A stretch of 64,000 bases of DNA, taken from NCBI RefSeq assembly GCF_009834535.1, contig NC_045698.1:11720001-11784000 (forward strand), written 5' to 3'. Below are positions 22,695 to 35,125 of this stretch, in pieces (the first letter of the stretch is position 1; the number at the start of each line of letters is the position of its first letter). The DNA comes from Camelus ferus (Eukaryota). The notes under the pieces were generated by a model. It had not been told where the DNA came from. It was given only the letters and a program-made list of their open reading frames with translations, and did no database searches. A program made the position numbers and the translations under genes.

Positions 22695-25600
22695 GGTGCC
22701 GCCGCTGCCCTCCTGCCAGCCCGGGTGGCGGGCCGGGTTCGGGCTGCCGGCGAAGGGGGAGCGGAGGGGGCGGGAGGAAAGAGGAGGGAAGGAGGCAGGG
22801 AGGGAGGAAGGAGGGTGGGGAGAGGGGACTGGGGAGCCTGGGGCTGAGGGGCGGGACGGTGAGGGGACAGGAGGGCCCAGCGGCAGCGGCGGCAGAGGCT
22901 GCTGCTCCGCGGAGCCACCGGCTCGGCTCTGATGGAGGCGGCGCCGAATCCCGCGGCGCGTGAGAGCCACGACGCTGAGGGGGCCGATGGAGGGGACAGG
23001 GGGACTGGGGAAAGGGGGGAGAAGCAGCGCAGAGGAGGAGGGTGGGCCGGAGGAGGAGGTCTTTGGGGGAGCTGGAGCGGGGTGGGTGGGGAGGAGCGGA
23101 GGGTCGTTCGGAGGGAGGGGTGATGTGCAGGGGGCGGGTGCAAACCCCGGGTGAGTTGCGGAGACGACCGACCGGAATTGGGAGGTGGGGGGAATCCCTC
23201 CGCCGCCTCCACCGACCCCGCCCCGGGGCCGTTCACGTCGGTTCCGGGGCGGATTGCCCCTCTCCTGACCGCGCGGCACTGCGGCTCTCGTGAGTTGGAT
23301 GGTGGGGGGAGGGGTTGGAGGTCGCGGGTCCAGAAACCGTTACTGGGTGGACAAGTGGGAGGCGGCGGCGCTGGGCAGGATGGGGCCAGGATGATGGAAG
23401 CCAAGACCCGCGTGGGAGCGGGGTTAGCGAGCCTGGTGCCCCGGGCGCACCCGAGCCGGCTAACCCTCGGCAAGGAAAAGAGCCCGCCGGGCGCTGGGGA
23501 CCAAATGACGCTCCCAGCTGATCACTTCCAGCCCTCTGAGCCCTCTGCTTCAAGGGCACTCTCACTGATCCTCTAGAGCCCCCAAAGCAGAAGTCTTTGG
23601 AACCTGCGTCCTCCCTCCGCCCTCCTCGCCCCCTCCCTCCTGCAGTGAGTATCCGGGTTTATCTGTAAATATTCTGGTGACACGGTACATATCATTTCCT
23701 GGAGTGGTTCCTCCTAGTGAACCATGGTGTCACGTCCTGTAGCGGCTTGTCACTTTCACCCTTGCCTTATAAGAGGTGACTTATGACACCTCTCCTGCAG
23801 AAGTTGCTGCAACCTTGGATCTCAGTTTTTCGCACCCGGAAGCCAGGCAGTTTCTCTATAACTCCACTCCGCAAAACCTCTCTAGGACTCATCATCTGGC
23901 AGGGCAACAGTCCCCTCAATTCTTTTCTAAAATAAGCTAGCTACCTTACCTGCAGAGAACTAGATGGAAAACCGTGCAGTAGTTTCCAAAATCGTACACT
24001 GTAAAATCATAGAGCACTGGATTTATACACTGCAGTGTGTCTATCCAAAATCACTGGTGATTTTCACTAGTGTAACCCTTTGATGTCTTTGACACAACAA
24101 GCTCGCTTTTGGGGCGGTATTCTTGGCTGCATTTCAGAGCTGAAGAGCCAGGATCATATAGGCAAAGTAACTTGTTCAAGGTCACAGAACTATTAACAAA
24201 GAACTTTTGAGCTCTTGACTTCATATTTTCCCACTCAAACATCAGATGATTATTTTTTTCCCAAACCACCCTCCTGCCTCCTAAAACAATTTTGTACTAT
24301 GGTGTGTTTGATGTTCTTAAATGGTTAAGATAAACTACCAGCATAAATTAATTTTTTCATAATACATTTTGGCAGTAAGAAATAAATCTGGTTTGAAAAA
24401 AAGTCCAGCTTTTTTGACAGAAATTGTTTCCATTGGCAAGTAGAGAAAGAGGTAGTATAAAAGAAGTCAAGAAAGCTTTGTTACAAATGGCTCCGGATGA
24501 AATAGTTCCCAGGAATGTCTTCTAACACTTAGCCCTCTCAGGCTAGCTTATTTTTGGTAACAGAGTGGCAGGCAGCAAGCACATTTAAAAAGAATAATAG
24601 TAATCCCTGAATGCCCTAGGAACTTATCACATTGAAGAAATGTGGTTGTAGATAATGCTTTCATTTTCAGTCTTCACCATCAAAATGACATTGCACAAGA
24701 TTGTATATTGCCATAGTCTTAAGATAATCATAAGCCTTGATTTTAAATTCTTGAATTAAAAGGTATCTAAATTGGTTTTTTAAAATCCCCTAAATAATTC
24801 AATTTACAACTAATACAGTTCTACCAAGTATGATAATGAACATTAGTATTTGAAGGACAGCATAAAAGCTGTCAGTTCTGGATAAACAATGCACAGTCAC
24901 TCAGACAGCAAAATAACATGGATGGAAGAGGATACGGCCACAATGCTAGATGTGTCCTCTCAGCTGATTGTTTCTGAAAAGAAACTCCAGTAAGAGAAAA
25001 TTAACTGTCCTTGATAAGGTGAGTAGCCACACAAAAATTATTTCCTAGCGTGTGTGACCGCCAAAGCTGACCTCTCCTTGAAAAAGGGAAACTAGTTTAT
25101 GACCTTCAGTTAACTCAGTGAGTCTTCAATGGATCAAGGGAAAACACCTTTGTAACTGTGGCTGCATCCTCTGCCATAAAAGTATAGAACTGTTAATATA
25201 GAACAGTGGGAACACAGAACGGATGAACCATTCTCAGCGGCTGGCACTTGTGTGGAAGAGCTGACCGAGAGACACAGAAATCACATAAAGAACAACAGGG
25301 CACCCGCAGCCACTGGCAGCCATCCAATAGCCTACATGCAGCCACCGACTGAAGAATGGATGAAGGGAGAGGCAATTCTATCAGTGTGAGTGAAGACCGA
25401 AAGGCACATCCAACCTGCTTTAACCTACATAAATGGGAAAGATATAAATAATATGACAAATGCTTGAAAAGCCTCCATTCTTTTATCTCCCTTCTCCCCA
25501 CCTGACCCACTCATACATGCACAGAGGGAAATGTCCCCTTTGCCAAAAGAGGTGTTTCATTATGAACATGCAAACTCAGGAGTCTCTAGACTTGAATCCA

Positions 25601-26199
25601 AGGATGGAGGGGAGGTGGGAGGGCCCCAGGCAATTACGTCGCCAAAAGTTCTTTGGTGATCTTAACAGATACCTATAGAATATTTTCCTTGAACTTCCCT
25701 AATGACCACATCCTGGAGATATCCCCTGAAGTCACCTCAGGGATATTAAGTAGAAAACAATCCAGGCCTCACTATGTCAGAGTTGTTTCAGAATGACCTT
25801 GAAGCTAGATTAGGTGTGATGACCTTGATGTGCCCTCCGATAGGAGGGTTAATAATAGGAGAGTTATCCTGGAGAGCTCTTTAAAACTGCTTAATTTAAA
25901 ATTGCTTAATCTCAACTCTTAGAGGTGTTCCAAAATCGTTCCGTTGGTACTTTAGGGTGCACTCGTTAATCTCTGTGGCCACTGAATACAAGACACAGAA
26001 TTCTCAGTTGTCTTCAAGTATCCGAGAGAAAAGAAATTAAGCAAGGTTATGTAGTATGAGTGGGAGGGTGATTTGTTAAGAGGATAGTCAAATGCAGTCT
26101 GTCTGTTGTGAGCTCTTGGTGCAGAGTATTGCTTTGTTATACAGCAGAACTGAAGCAATTCTGAAGTCAGCACCATATGACACAATGCCATGTGCAGAA

Positions 26200-27220
26200 A
26201 AGTCCACAATTTGTATGTCCTATTCTAACCTCTGCACTGAATTCCAGACTTCTGTGTCAAATCACCTCTGTGACTACACAACTTAAGATTATCTAAGAGC
26301 TGCTTCGAACTAACCCAGCCCAAGAGCAAACTGACACCCTTAAACCTGCTTATTCCCTTCTTCATTATGCCAATAAACCAGCTGCTCATTCATCCAGGTA
26401 CTTAAGTCAAAATCCTTATCGTTATCCCTTGACTTAAATTATTCATATCATATATTTGGTCTGTCAAAAAATTCTTTCAAATGTGCTTTCAAAATATACT
26501 TCAAGTTTTACTACTGCTTTTCACCTCTGCCCCCAGCATCTCAGCTCAAACCACCATGGTGCACCAGGGTCATCAAAATAGCCTCTAGTCTCCCTGCTTC
26601 TTACTCTTGAATCTGCCCCCTACAGCAGCCAGGATAAGCCTAGTCAAATTAAATCCAATCTGGTCAACCGCCTGCTCAGTACCCATCCACAGTTCCCATC
26701 ACATTTGGTGCAATATCAAAAATCTGAGCATGTCCTACAAATCCTCAGTCTAGCTCCTGGCTATGCCTATAAAGACATCTCTATATCCTCTCCACCACTC
26801 TCTCCCTGGTCCTCAGTATTCATTCCTACCACACTGACCTCCTAGCCCCTCCCCAGGTACACTCCTTCCTCATTCTTCCTCCAGGTGTCACGGCGTACTT
26901 CCTTGCTTCACTCAGATCTCTGCTCTGAGGCACCTCATCAAAAAGACCTTCCTTAACCTTCCTATCTGAAGTAGAATCCTCCACTCCCATTTTAACTCTA
27001 ACCTTTGCCCAGTTTTACTCTTTTTCATACTGATTTACTTTTCAACATGATATATTTACATATTGTGTGTATTTTGTTTGCTTTTTTTTCTCATTTAACA
27101 TCTTCCTCTGGAACACTGGCTTGACTGGAGACTATTTCATTCACTGCTCTGTCCCCAGTGCCTAGAACAGTGCCTGGTCAGAGTTGTGGTCAGTTAGTAC
27201 TTATTGAATAATTATATGAA
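26200..27220 (-). mobile_element. L2 LINE, about 1 kb 3' portion
   Basis: attccagacttctgtgtcaaatcacct..., cctacagcagccagg..., ccccagtgcctagaacagtgcctgg...ttattgaataa. Confidence 0.75.
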
Positions 27221-30200
27221 TAATTCAGGCAATCAAGCAGATAATTATTAATCAGTTTGTGTGTTTAAGGCACTGTGCAGCTGGTGAAACCCTAATTTCC
27301 AGGTGGGAATGCAATCTGTAGGACAAGGGAGGGAGCAGTCACAGCACTCTGGTGCACGCCATGCAATGCAATTTTTTTTCATTGCTTAACCAAATTAAAA
27401 TGATTCTGTTCTGTACTAAGAAGTAATTTGTATTCACTGACTAATCTGTCATTTTCTACCATGTATAAGTGAAATTAAAGTCTTGGTTGACCTTGATCTC
27501 ATGTTCAGTGAAGTCATCAGAAATTTGAAAATGCACACCATTGGTCTTAAGGGAAAGTGAAGGAGTGTGGGTGGATGGTCTCCATGTCTGACTGGTCTCA
27601 CTGATCACCCATCATGCTCCTCATTTGTTTATACTACACTGCATTCTAGCATCTGTCAGTTCTACCTGTAAGTTTGAGACCATACTTTCCTTCAACCTTT
27701 CTACCTTTGCCTTTGCATCTCTCCACTCTCCCCTACCCCTGCTGGCTCTTCCACTCATAAAGGCTTCTGTATCTAAGCTGATGGGCCAGTCCTCTCTCTA
27801 CCCTTACTAGATGCCTTAATCCTCACCAACGTCCTTTGACCTGGCATTTCTCTAAGAACTTGGTGAGCTCTGAAAGCACACAGATAACTAAACTCTGCAT
27901 ACAAGTACTATTGAAGTTATGAGATAATTAGCTTCCTAATTCCTACCAAAAACACCTCCCCCAAAATGCTTTGAGACCTTCAGAACAATAAAAGAACATC
28001 TTAAAGTCACGTTGGCTTTGTAAAGGATCATATTGAATTTTTAAATATTAGAAAATATAACCAAGCATTACTTTTACCCTTAGTCTCCCTACCTTGAAAC
28101 TGGGAAATGCAGAAGGGCATTTTATCTGACAGGTTGAAGGCACAGAGGTATGCTGAATCACTGGGTACACTGGATATCCTAAGCCTGACTGACATCTGGA
28201 ATGCAATTGAATCACTGTGACCCGATAGGGCCACTCGAGCTTTGGAAAGCTCTTGAATAAAGCTGGTCCTGGTTCCCCTCGGCCCAAAATCTTCTATTTT
28301 TCTACCAAATTCACATATTAAATATGGTTTTGTGACCTCTGTTGTATTATGCCTTCCATTGTGGTTCAGTATTCACTTATATGTGTGGGTTTTTTTTCCT
28401 CTTGTGTTAGATTGTGAGCTACTTGGACTTTGAACCTATCTGTTTAAGTGAACCTTTTATTTGCATATACTATAATGACTGACATTAGTGACAGCTCAAT
28501 AAACGTGCACTAAATGAGTAAATATTAATACAAATCTCAATTCAAGAGAAATATTATTTACTTGTTAAAAGTTACTAACAGAGTTTCATACCAATAACAA
28601 CTTAAAGGTAGCTATGCTTCCATGATGTTTGGATGGACAGCGGTAAATTAGTTTATATACTAGACAGAGAACTTGCTAGACAGAGACAAATCCTTGTATG
28701 AATAAAGGATTCAGAGTCCCTAAGATCAATCCAAGATTAATAAGTTCAGTAAAACACTGACTGTCCATTCTCTTCTCCTTTCCCCTGCCTACTCTCCCTC
28801 AGGATACTTAACTCACTCACCTGGGACCTGATCAGTTTCACCACCATTCTGAGATGAGTGGAGATGCAGCAAGAAACATGCAAGGATGCTAGCTGGAGCT
28901 TGGCTTCAGTAGGGTACCAGCCTGAATCCTTATTGCTCTACCCAAAGAGTCCTGGAGTCTCTGATTTTTCCCCAGGGCTTCTGCCTAGATTAGGAACACT
29001 GGTCTGTTTCCCTCTGCCTTAGAAAAGTCCTTATTCAGGCAAGAAGAGGAGACAATTCCATGTTTACCCCAAATCACAAATTTTATAGCCCACCCCCAGT
29101 TCTACTTCAATCCATCAGACTTTAAAGTTTTCAGGAAAGGATTGTGATTGACTCAGTCTGCTTTGGTGAGCTGCTGACCAGTCACCGAAGTTACCTTCAG
29201 CCTAGTTACAGTTGTTACAGGTAAACAGCACCTCCTCAAAGGAAGAGAAATGTTCCCAGGGGAATGACTGCTTGACAGATACAAGTAGATGCCTGCTCTC
29301 CCCAGATTGTGGAATTTGACATCTAGCCCTTACACTTTATAGTACTTGTCAACTCCTTCCTCCCGTGAAACTGAAGTCCTGAACTTAGCCCTGCCCGGCT
29401 AAGCCAACAACATGAAACTGCTCACCAACAGATACCCAGAAATGCAAAACCAAGAGTTATAAACCGCAGCTATCTGCAAGGTTTCTTAAATGCAGGAAGT
29501 TTTAAATAAGTGGGCATAACTACATACAGTTAAAGAAGAATAATCTTTGATGTTATAGGCATGAGCTCAATATGCTGGTGTGTAGGGGGGTGGCTGAGGG
29601 AATGAGTGAACGATTGGGTAGGGGAATCCCACAAATAATGAATATCATCAAAGAGGGATTGAGTGCAAACCATGAAACACCATCTCTTTCTGAAAGTGAC
29701 AACTTTTGGTAATGCATTTTGAGACATGGGTGAACCTGACCTCAAAAAAGCCATATTCCAACTGAGAAGATAAGTACATAGATATAAACAAGTTACATAG
29801 ACTAAGAGTTATAGTAGGAGGATTGAAGTGTTTTAGAAATACAAATATAGACAATTCTGCATGAGAAAGATGATTCAACCTAAGAAAATGTTTCTCAGAG
29901 TGAGTCATTTGAGCTGGGCTTTGAAGGCTAGATAGGAGTGTGCCAGGTGTGCCTCATGTCAGCAACTAACCCAAGAGGATAGAGAACTTCTGTAGATATC
30001 AGACTTCAGTGTGAGGACTATAGAGACAAGGACGGATGAGACAGGATATGATTCAAAGTCATAAAAAATGAAGATGGTGATAAGTAGGATAAAAGTGAAC
30101 CTACTATATACTGAAATACTGGAAGAGACGCATACTTTCTGTTGGAAAAATATCACTATAAGGCATCATATGCAACCAGAACCACCTCAGAACCAGGAAA

Positions 30201-31064
30201 TAAGCAAATCGGCCTCCAAAATCCACTGCAGCCCACCCCACGCACAACTGCATAAAAATCTACTTACAAATGCTTCCACTTTCCCATCAGGTGAAACCAC
30301 TCGATCTGTTTTATTTGATTTTAAATATAATCCTTATAAACATATTTACCTAATTTCTCTGTCCACAGCAAATTACAAATAACAAACTTGGAAATGTAAG
30401 CAGAAGAGCAGCTTCGGGAAACAACAGCTAATGTTCTGCCCTCCTCGCACAGAATCAGACCCACTAATTTTAAAATCTCCTCAGGAAGAGTTTATGTAAA
30501 AGCAGATAGCTCTATGCGCAGTGTAGAAAGCCGCTGGAGGTCTGTCTGCTTTTACACTTGCACAATCATTGGTACTTGTAGTAAAGGATGTGAACATTCA
30601 AAAAAAGTTTACAGCCTGAACTGTGTGTGTTGATTAAGTAAAGCATGATGAGACATGCGTTCATAAGATTCCCTTCCAATAGGGTTAATTACGAATTTTC
30701 ACTACTTGAAATAACCATTTGGGAAAGTCTCCTTATACTCCTTGGGGCAGCTCCACCCCCCCACCCTGGCCCTGCCCGGATTCAACCGCGCTGTTCCCTT
30801 GTGAGCATGCGCCGCTTGCGTCTCCCTCTTACTTGCTCCACCTTTCTCCAACCGGCAGATCACAAGTTACTTGAGGCCAGATCATTTTTTATATATAAAA
30901 TGTATAGTTTGTCCCCAGTGCTTAGTAAAAATGCATTGATAAGTAATGGGTATTCAAAAAAGTGTTATGAAATGAACAAGAGAAAAATGAAGTTTTTTAA
31001 ACACTTAGGTGGTTTCCCTATCTTGGCTATTGTGAATAGTGTTGTAATGGACACGAGAGTGCAG

Positions 31065-31415
31065 TGTTAAAAGATAGACTGAGGCCTGTTAAAAATTTTA
31101 AGCGCTTATTTGAGTAAAAATTGATTCAAATGGTGCAGTATTCAATCTGACAGATGGAAAGGAGCTTCAAGGATCTGTGCAAAATGGAAGACTTTATAAG
31201 CAGAAGGGAGCAGGGACAGGGAAGTGATACCAGGTTAAAAAAAGTGGATTGGTTATTGCAAAGTTACTTTCCTTTAGGGGACGGCTGGGGGCTACCAGGC
31301 AGATTACCTGACTAGTGCTGATTAGGTGATCCCTGATGGGCTGGTTTAAAATTTCATTTCTGGAAGAGCTGAAGATACACTTAAGTCTTAATTTGGTGAC
31401 ATGGAGCTTAGCAGG
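31065..31415 (-). mobile_element. ERV1-class LTR (partial) abutting a short L1 fragment (31003-31064)
   Basis: Starts tgttaaaagatagactgagg; carries ttataa and gattggtt (TATA/CCAAT on minus strand). Preceded by L1 motif tcttggctattgtgaatagtg. Confidence 0.55.
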
Positions 31416-31594
31416 AAAAGACAGGGGATGGGGGTGTTATATGCCTGACTTTCTGAGATTGATATCATGAAATGTCATAATCACATGCTTTCAAAATTGT
31501 TTTTTGATGCTACTGGCAGAGAAAAAATAACAGGAGTGGGGCAGAGGGTGTGGGGTAGGCATTGAGTGGAGTAAGTATTGCATTCCCTGGTGGA

Positions 31595-32046
31595 ACATTA
31601 ACCTAAAACAATAAAACAGCCAGTTATTTTACCAGCAGTTTATTCGGGAGCAGCAAAGAATTGCAATTCAGGATATGCAACTATGGAGAACCACATGCAA
31701 GTCTGGTAAAGCAAAGGAGAGGAAACTCTTTTATAGAGCAGAAAGGGAAGTTGGAAGGGGCTGTTATAAATAAAAAGTTCATTGGAGGAAACTGGGGGTT
31801 TGAAGTGCAGTGGCTTTTCACTGGCTGAGTTGTGACAGTCTCTCATTGGCTGAGCTGTTGCCAGGAAAGGAGAAAATCTTTATTCCTCCTGCTGGTGGTA
31901 GTAAAGTAGTGTCACTTCCTGCCAGAGACACAGGTATGTCTCTTCCTATTGGGATCTATATTGACGTCCAGTGGTACATGCATGACAGCTCTCCCTTCTA
32001 GTCTCCGATTCCATTTTAATGAGGTTTCCCTCTATTAATTTTCACA
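31595..32046 (-). mobile_element. ERV1-class solo LTR
   Basis: Minus strand begins TGTGAAAATTAATAGAGGGAAACCTCATTAAAATGG, has CCAAT (cattgg), TATAAAA (ttttata near 31730) and AATAAA near 31640, and ends near TTTAGGTTAA. Confidence 0.6.
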
Positions 32047-32177
32047 TCCTTATCTGTACACTGACTGAAAAAAAAGAAATCCTGCTGTAAAAGGCCTATT
32101 CACTGTAATGCTTCAGAGAATAATTCATTCATAAATCATGATTGAAAATAGAAACACAAGCCTAAAACACCCTAACT

Positions 32178-32405
32178 CTGTGTTTCTCAGCAGGGAGCAA
32201 CTTTGCCCCTTCTGCTCCCCATCTCCAGGGGACACTTGTCCACGACTGGAGGCCATTTTTGTTATCACAACTAGTAGGGCACTGCTTCTGGCCTGGAGTT
32301 GGGTAGAGGCCAAGGATGCTGCTGAATATTGTACAATACACAGAACAGCCCCCACAACAGAGTTATCTGGCCACAAAATTTAATAGTGCCAAGGTAGAGA
32401 ACCCC
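32178..32405 (+). mobile_element. MER20 (hAT-Charlie DNA transposon)
   Basis: ccaggggacactt...gggtagaggccaaggatgctgctgaatat...cagcccccacaacagagttatctggccacaaaatttaatagtgccaagg. Confidence 0.85.
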
Positions 32406-33150
32406 CACCCTGGCTAATAGTAGAATTTTCCTCAAGATCTGAGTAAAGGAGAAATAGTTTTAAAATTTTTTAAAGCAATGCTAAAAAGGTAATAATAAAC
32501 TGTACAAAGAAGGATTTTTTTTCAGAATTTAAAAAAAAATGAAAGGTTAAATATTAGAATTTTTTTAAATCTTGGAAGAAATAGAAACAATTAAGAAAAG
32601 AGGACACTGTCCAAAGACTGATTGAATAGGTTATGCATTATACAAGAACATATCCTTAAAATAAATGTCTAATTTAAAATAGATTAAAGTAATGCATGGA
32701 CATGAGGTAACTGGTGACAGTCACTTTCTTTCAGCTTATTTTTTATCTTTTCCAAAGCTCAGTGAACAGACTTCCCACTGATTTCAAAGGATATTTTGGT
32801 TTTGAGATTAGCTTTATGGAAGTTAAAAATGAGACTTTAAACATGATCGACTTCTGTTAATTTAGATTTTAAAACTCCCAAAATAAAAGGCATTCTACTA
32901 AACAACAGTAAATATTTTGATGATAGTGATGAGAATGATACCTGTATTTCTAGGAGAGGTGTTAATGATAATAAGAAAAAAGTCCAATGATTATTGAAAA
33001 GTGTTATCCTAATAAAGTGAGCTTAAAAACAAAAAGATGCAAGAGAAATCCCCAATCATTAATGAGATCCTGTTAGTAATTCTTAAACAGACAAAAAGAA
33101 AACATTTAACATGATATTAATTACATTTTTCAAATATTATCATTTATTTA

Positions 33151-33681
33151 TGAAGAGGAGCAGAATATGCCACCCCATAAGATGTCTCTTTGGCATAGGG
33201 ATTATCTTGAGCTGATTATTTTTAAGAAATATCAGACTTAGGGAAAGCTCTGAAAATGAAGAATTTACTCTTTGTAAGAGACATTTACATCTATAAGGGA
33301 AATCTCCATTTTTAAGGGTGTTTCCCTCTCTGAACTAGGAGGCAAAGGATGATTCTAAATCTCTAGGAACTCTTCTCAGTCGAGAAGGCAATGATCTAAC
33401 CCTGCAAAGCAATCTTACTCTTGTTTACTATGCTTTTGACACCTCCAGTAACTGCAACCCCCACCCCCAACATCTTTCTTTTGTCTTTAGCTGAAGATGG
33501 TATTTAAGGTGGTGATTTGGGCCATTTCCAGGGAATTAGTTTTCCTGGGTATCTCACCTGGGGACAGGGGTAAACGTGTCATTCTATTTCTGTTTGTTCT
33601 TCTCCTGCTAATCTTTTACTAGAGGGAGTTTTCAGCCAAGAACCCAGAAGGGTAGAGAGAAAATATATTTCCTCCCTTACA
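33151..33681 (+). mobile_element. MER34/MER39-like ERV1 solo LTR
   Basis: TG...CA termini (tgaagaggagcagaatatgccacccc ... ttcctcccttaca); flanks ttta/tata resemble a 4-bp TSD. Confidence 0.78.
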
Positions 33682-34426
33682 TATATGTTATTCATTGACC
33701 AATAGGAGGGGACATAAGGACCAAGAACACCCTTAATATAATGAGAGCACCCTTAACATCATAAGAAATCTTCTCTACAAGCTAGTCTTCAGGAATGCAC
33801 ACTCATCAGAAAGATTTTCTTTAGTTAATTAATTAAACCTTCTAGTCCTCTCAAACATTATGGGAGTTCTACTTTACAGAGTATATTTTGATCTTTTTTT
33901 CTATATCCTTCTAAAATATACTTTTTAATGGCAAGACGGCACTATGTATTACATGGATGTCCCGTTCATTTATTTTCTGCTAGGATATTTTGGTTATTGC
34001 CTATTCTTTTCTCTTTTTTCTGTTTTGTTTATCTTTGTGTTTTGTTTTGTTTTGTTGTTTTTGTGGGAGAAGGGAAGGGCAAGGGCTGTTATCAATAATG
34101 TTTGTATATGCATCAATACAGACATTTATCTTTGCATTTTTCTATTTATTTCCTAAAGAAAAAAAAAATCACTAAAGTAGATTCCATGGGCCAAGCAGTA
34201 CAAAACTGAAGCCGCAGTGGAATTAAACAGTATAAATGTAAAACCAAACTGCAGTTACTTTTTTGAAACACCAAAATAAATAAGTGCTCATTTTCAGATG
34301 GTTACATTGTTAACTCCATGCTAACACTTACAATGTTATGAATGCTGTCCCCCAGGACTTGGGCTGCCTTTGCTCTTAATGCATTTGCTTGTGACACGAC
34401 CAGATCTATTATGTCCCTAATGTCTA

Positions 34427-34790
<364 letters not shown>

Positions 34791-35008
34791 CCTTTCTCTT
34801 TCTTCCTTTCTTCCTTTCTTCCTTCCTTTCTTCCTTTCTTCCTTCCTTTCTTCCTTTCTTCCTTCCTTTCTTCCTTTCTTTCTTTCTTCCTTCCTTTCTT
34901 TTTTCCTTTTCTTTCTTTCTTTCTCTTTCTTTCTTTCTTCCTTTCTCTTTCTTTTTTCCTTCCTTCATTCCTTCCTTCCTCCCTCCCTCCTTTCCTTCCT
35001 TCCTTCCT
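34791..35008. repeat. (CTTT/CCTT)n polypyrimidine microsatellite
   Basis: About 220 bp of almost pure C/T tetranucleotide repeats. Confidence 0.95.
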
Positions 35009-35125
35009 TGTTATCGAAGCATAGTTGATTTACAATATTAGTTTAGGTATATAACATAGTGATTCAATATTTCTATAGATTATATTCCATTTAAAGTAGT
35101 TATAACATATTGGCTATATTCCGTG
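35009..35125 (-). mobile_element. L1 3' end
   Basis: ttatcgaagcatagttgatttacaatatt...ccatttaaagt...ggctatattcc. Confidence 0.7.

Larger units (their letters stand above)
22000..23640. promoter_or_regulatory. CpG island covering the MARCHF11 promoter, 5'UTR and exon 1
   Basis: Abrupt very GC- and CpG-rich segment in AT-rich surroundings. GC boxes (GGGGCGG) near 23131 and 23246; no obvious TATA. TSS position cannot be determined. Confidence 0.9.

Noticed and set aside
22020..23279. The 419-aa ORF as a single-exon protein
   Set aside because: It starts at GTG and reads through the exon-1 donor into intron 1. The real CDS portion is 22694-22143.
22038..23576. Many long overlapping ORFs on both strands (269, 260, 182, 173, 141 aa)
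   Set aside because: Low-complexity Arg/Gly/Pro/Ala translations expected from stop-codon scarcity in a CpG island. Only the frame containing MSFEGG...CKIC has homology and splice support.
23803..23814. RFX X-box (gttgctgcaacc; similar motifs at about 24426 and 51253)
   Set aside because: Spacing or half-sites deviate from GTTNCC-N0-3-RGYAAC; too weak without ChIP data.
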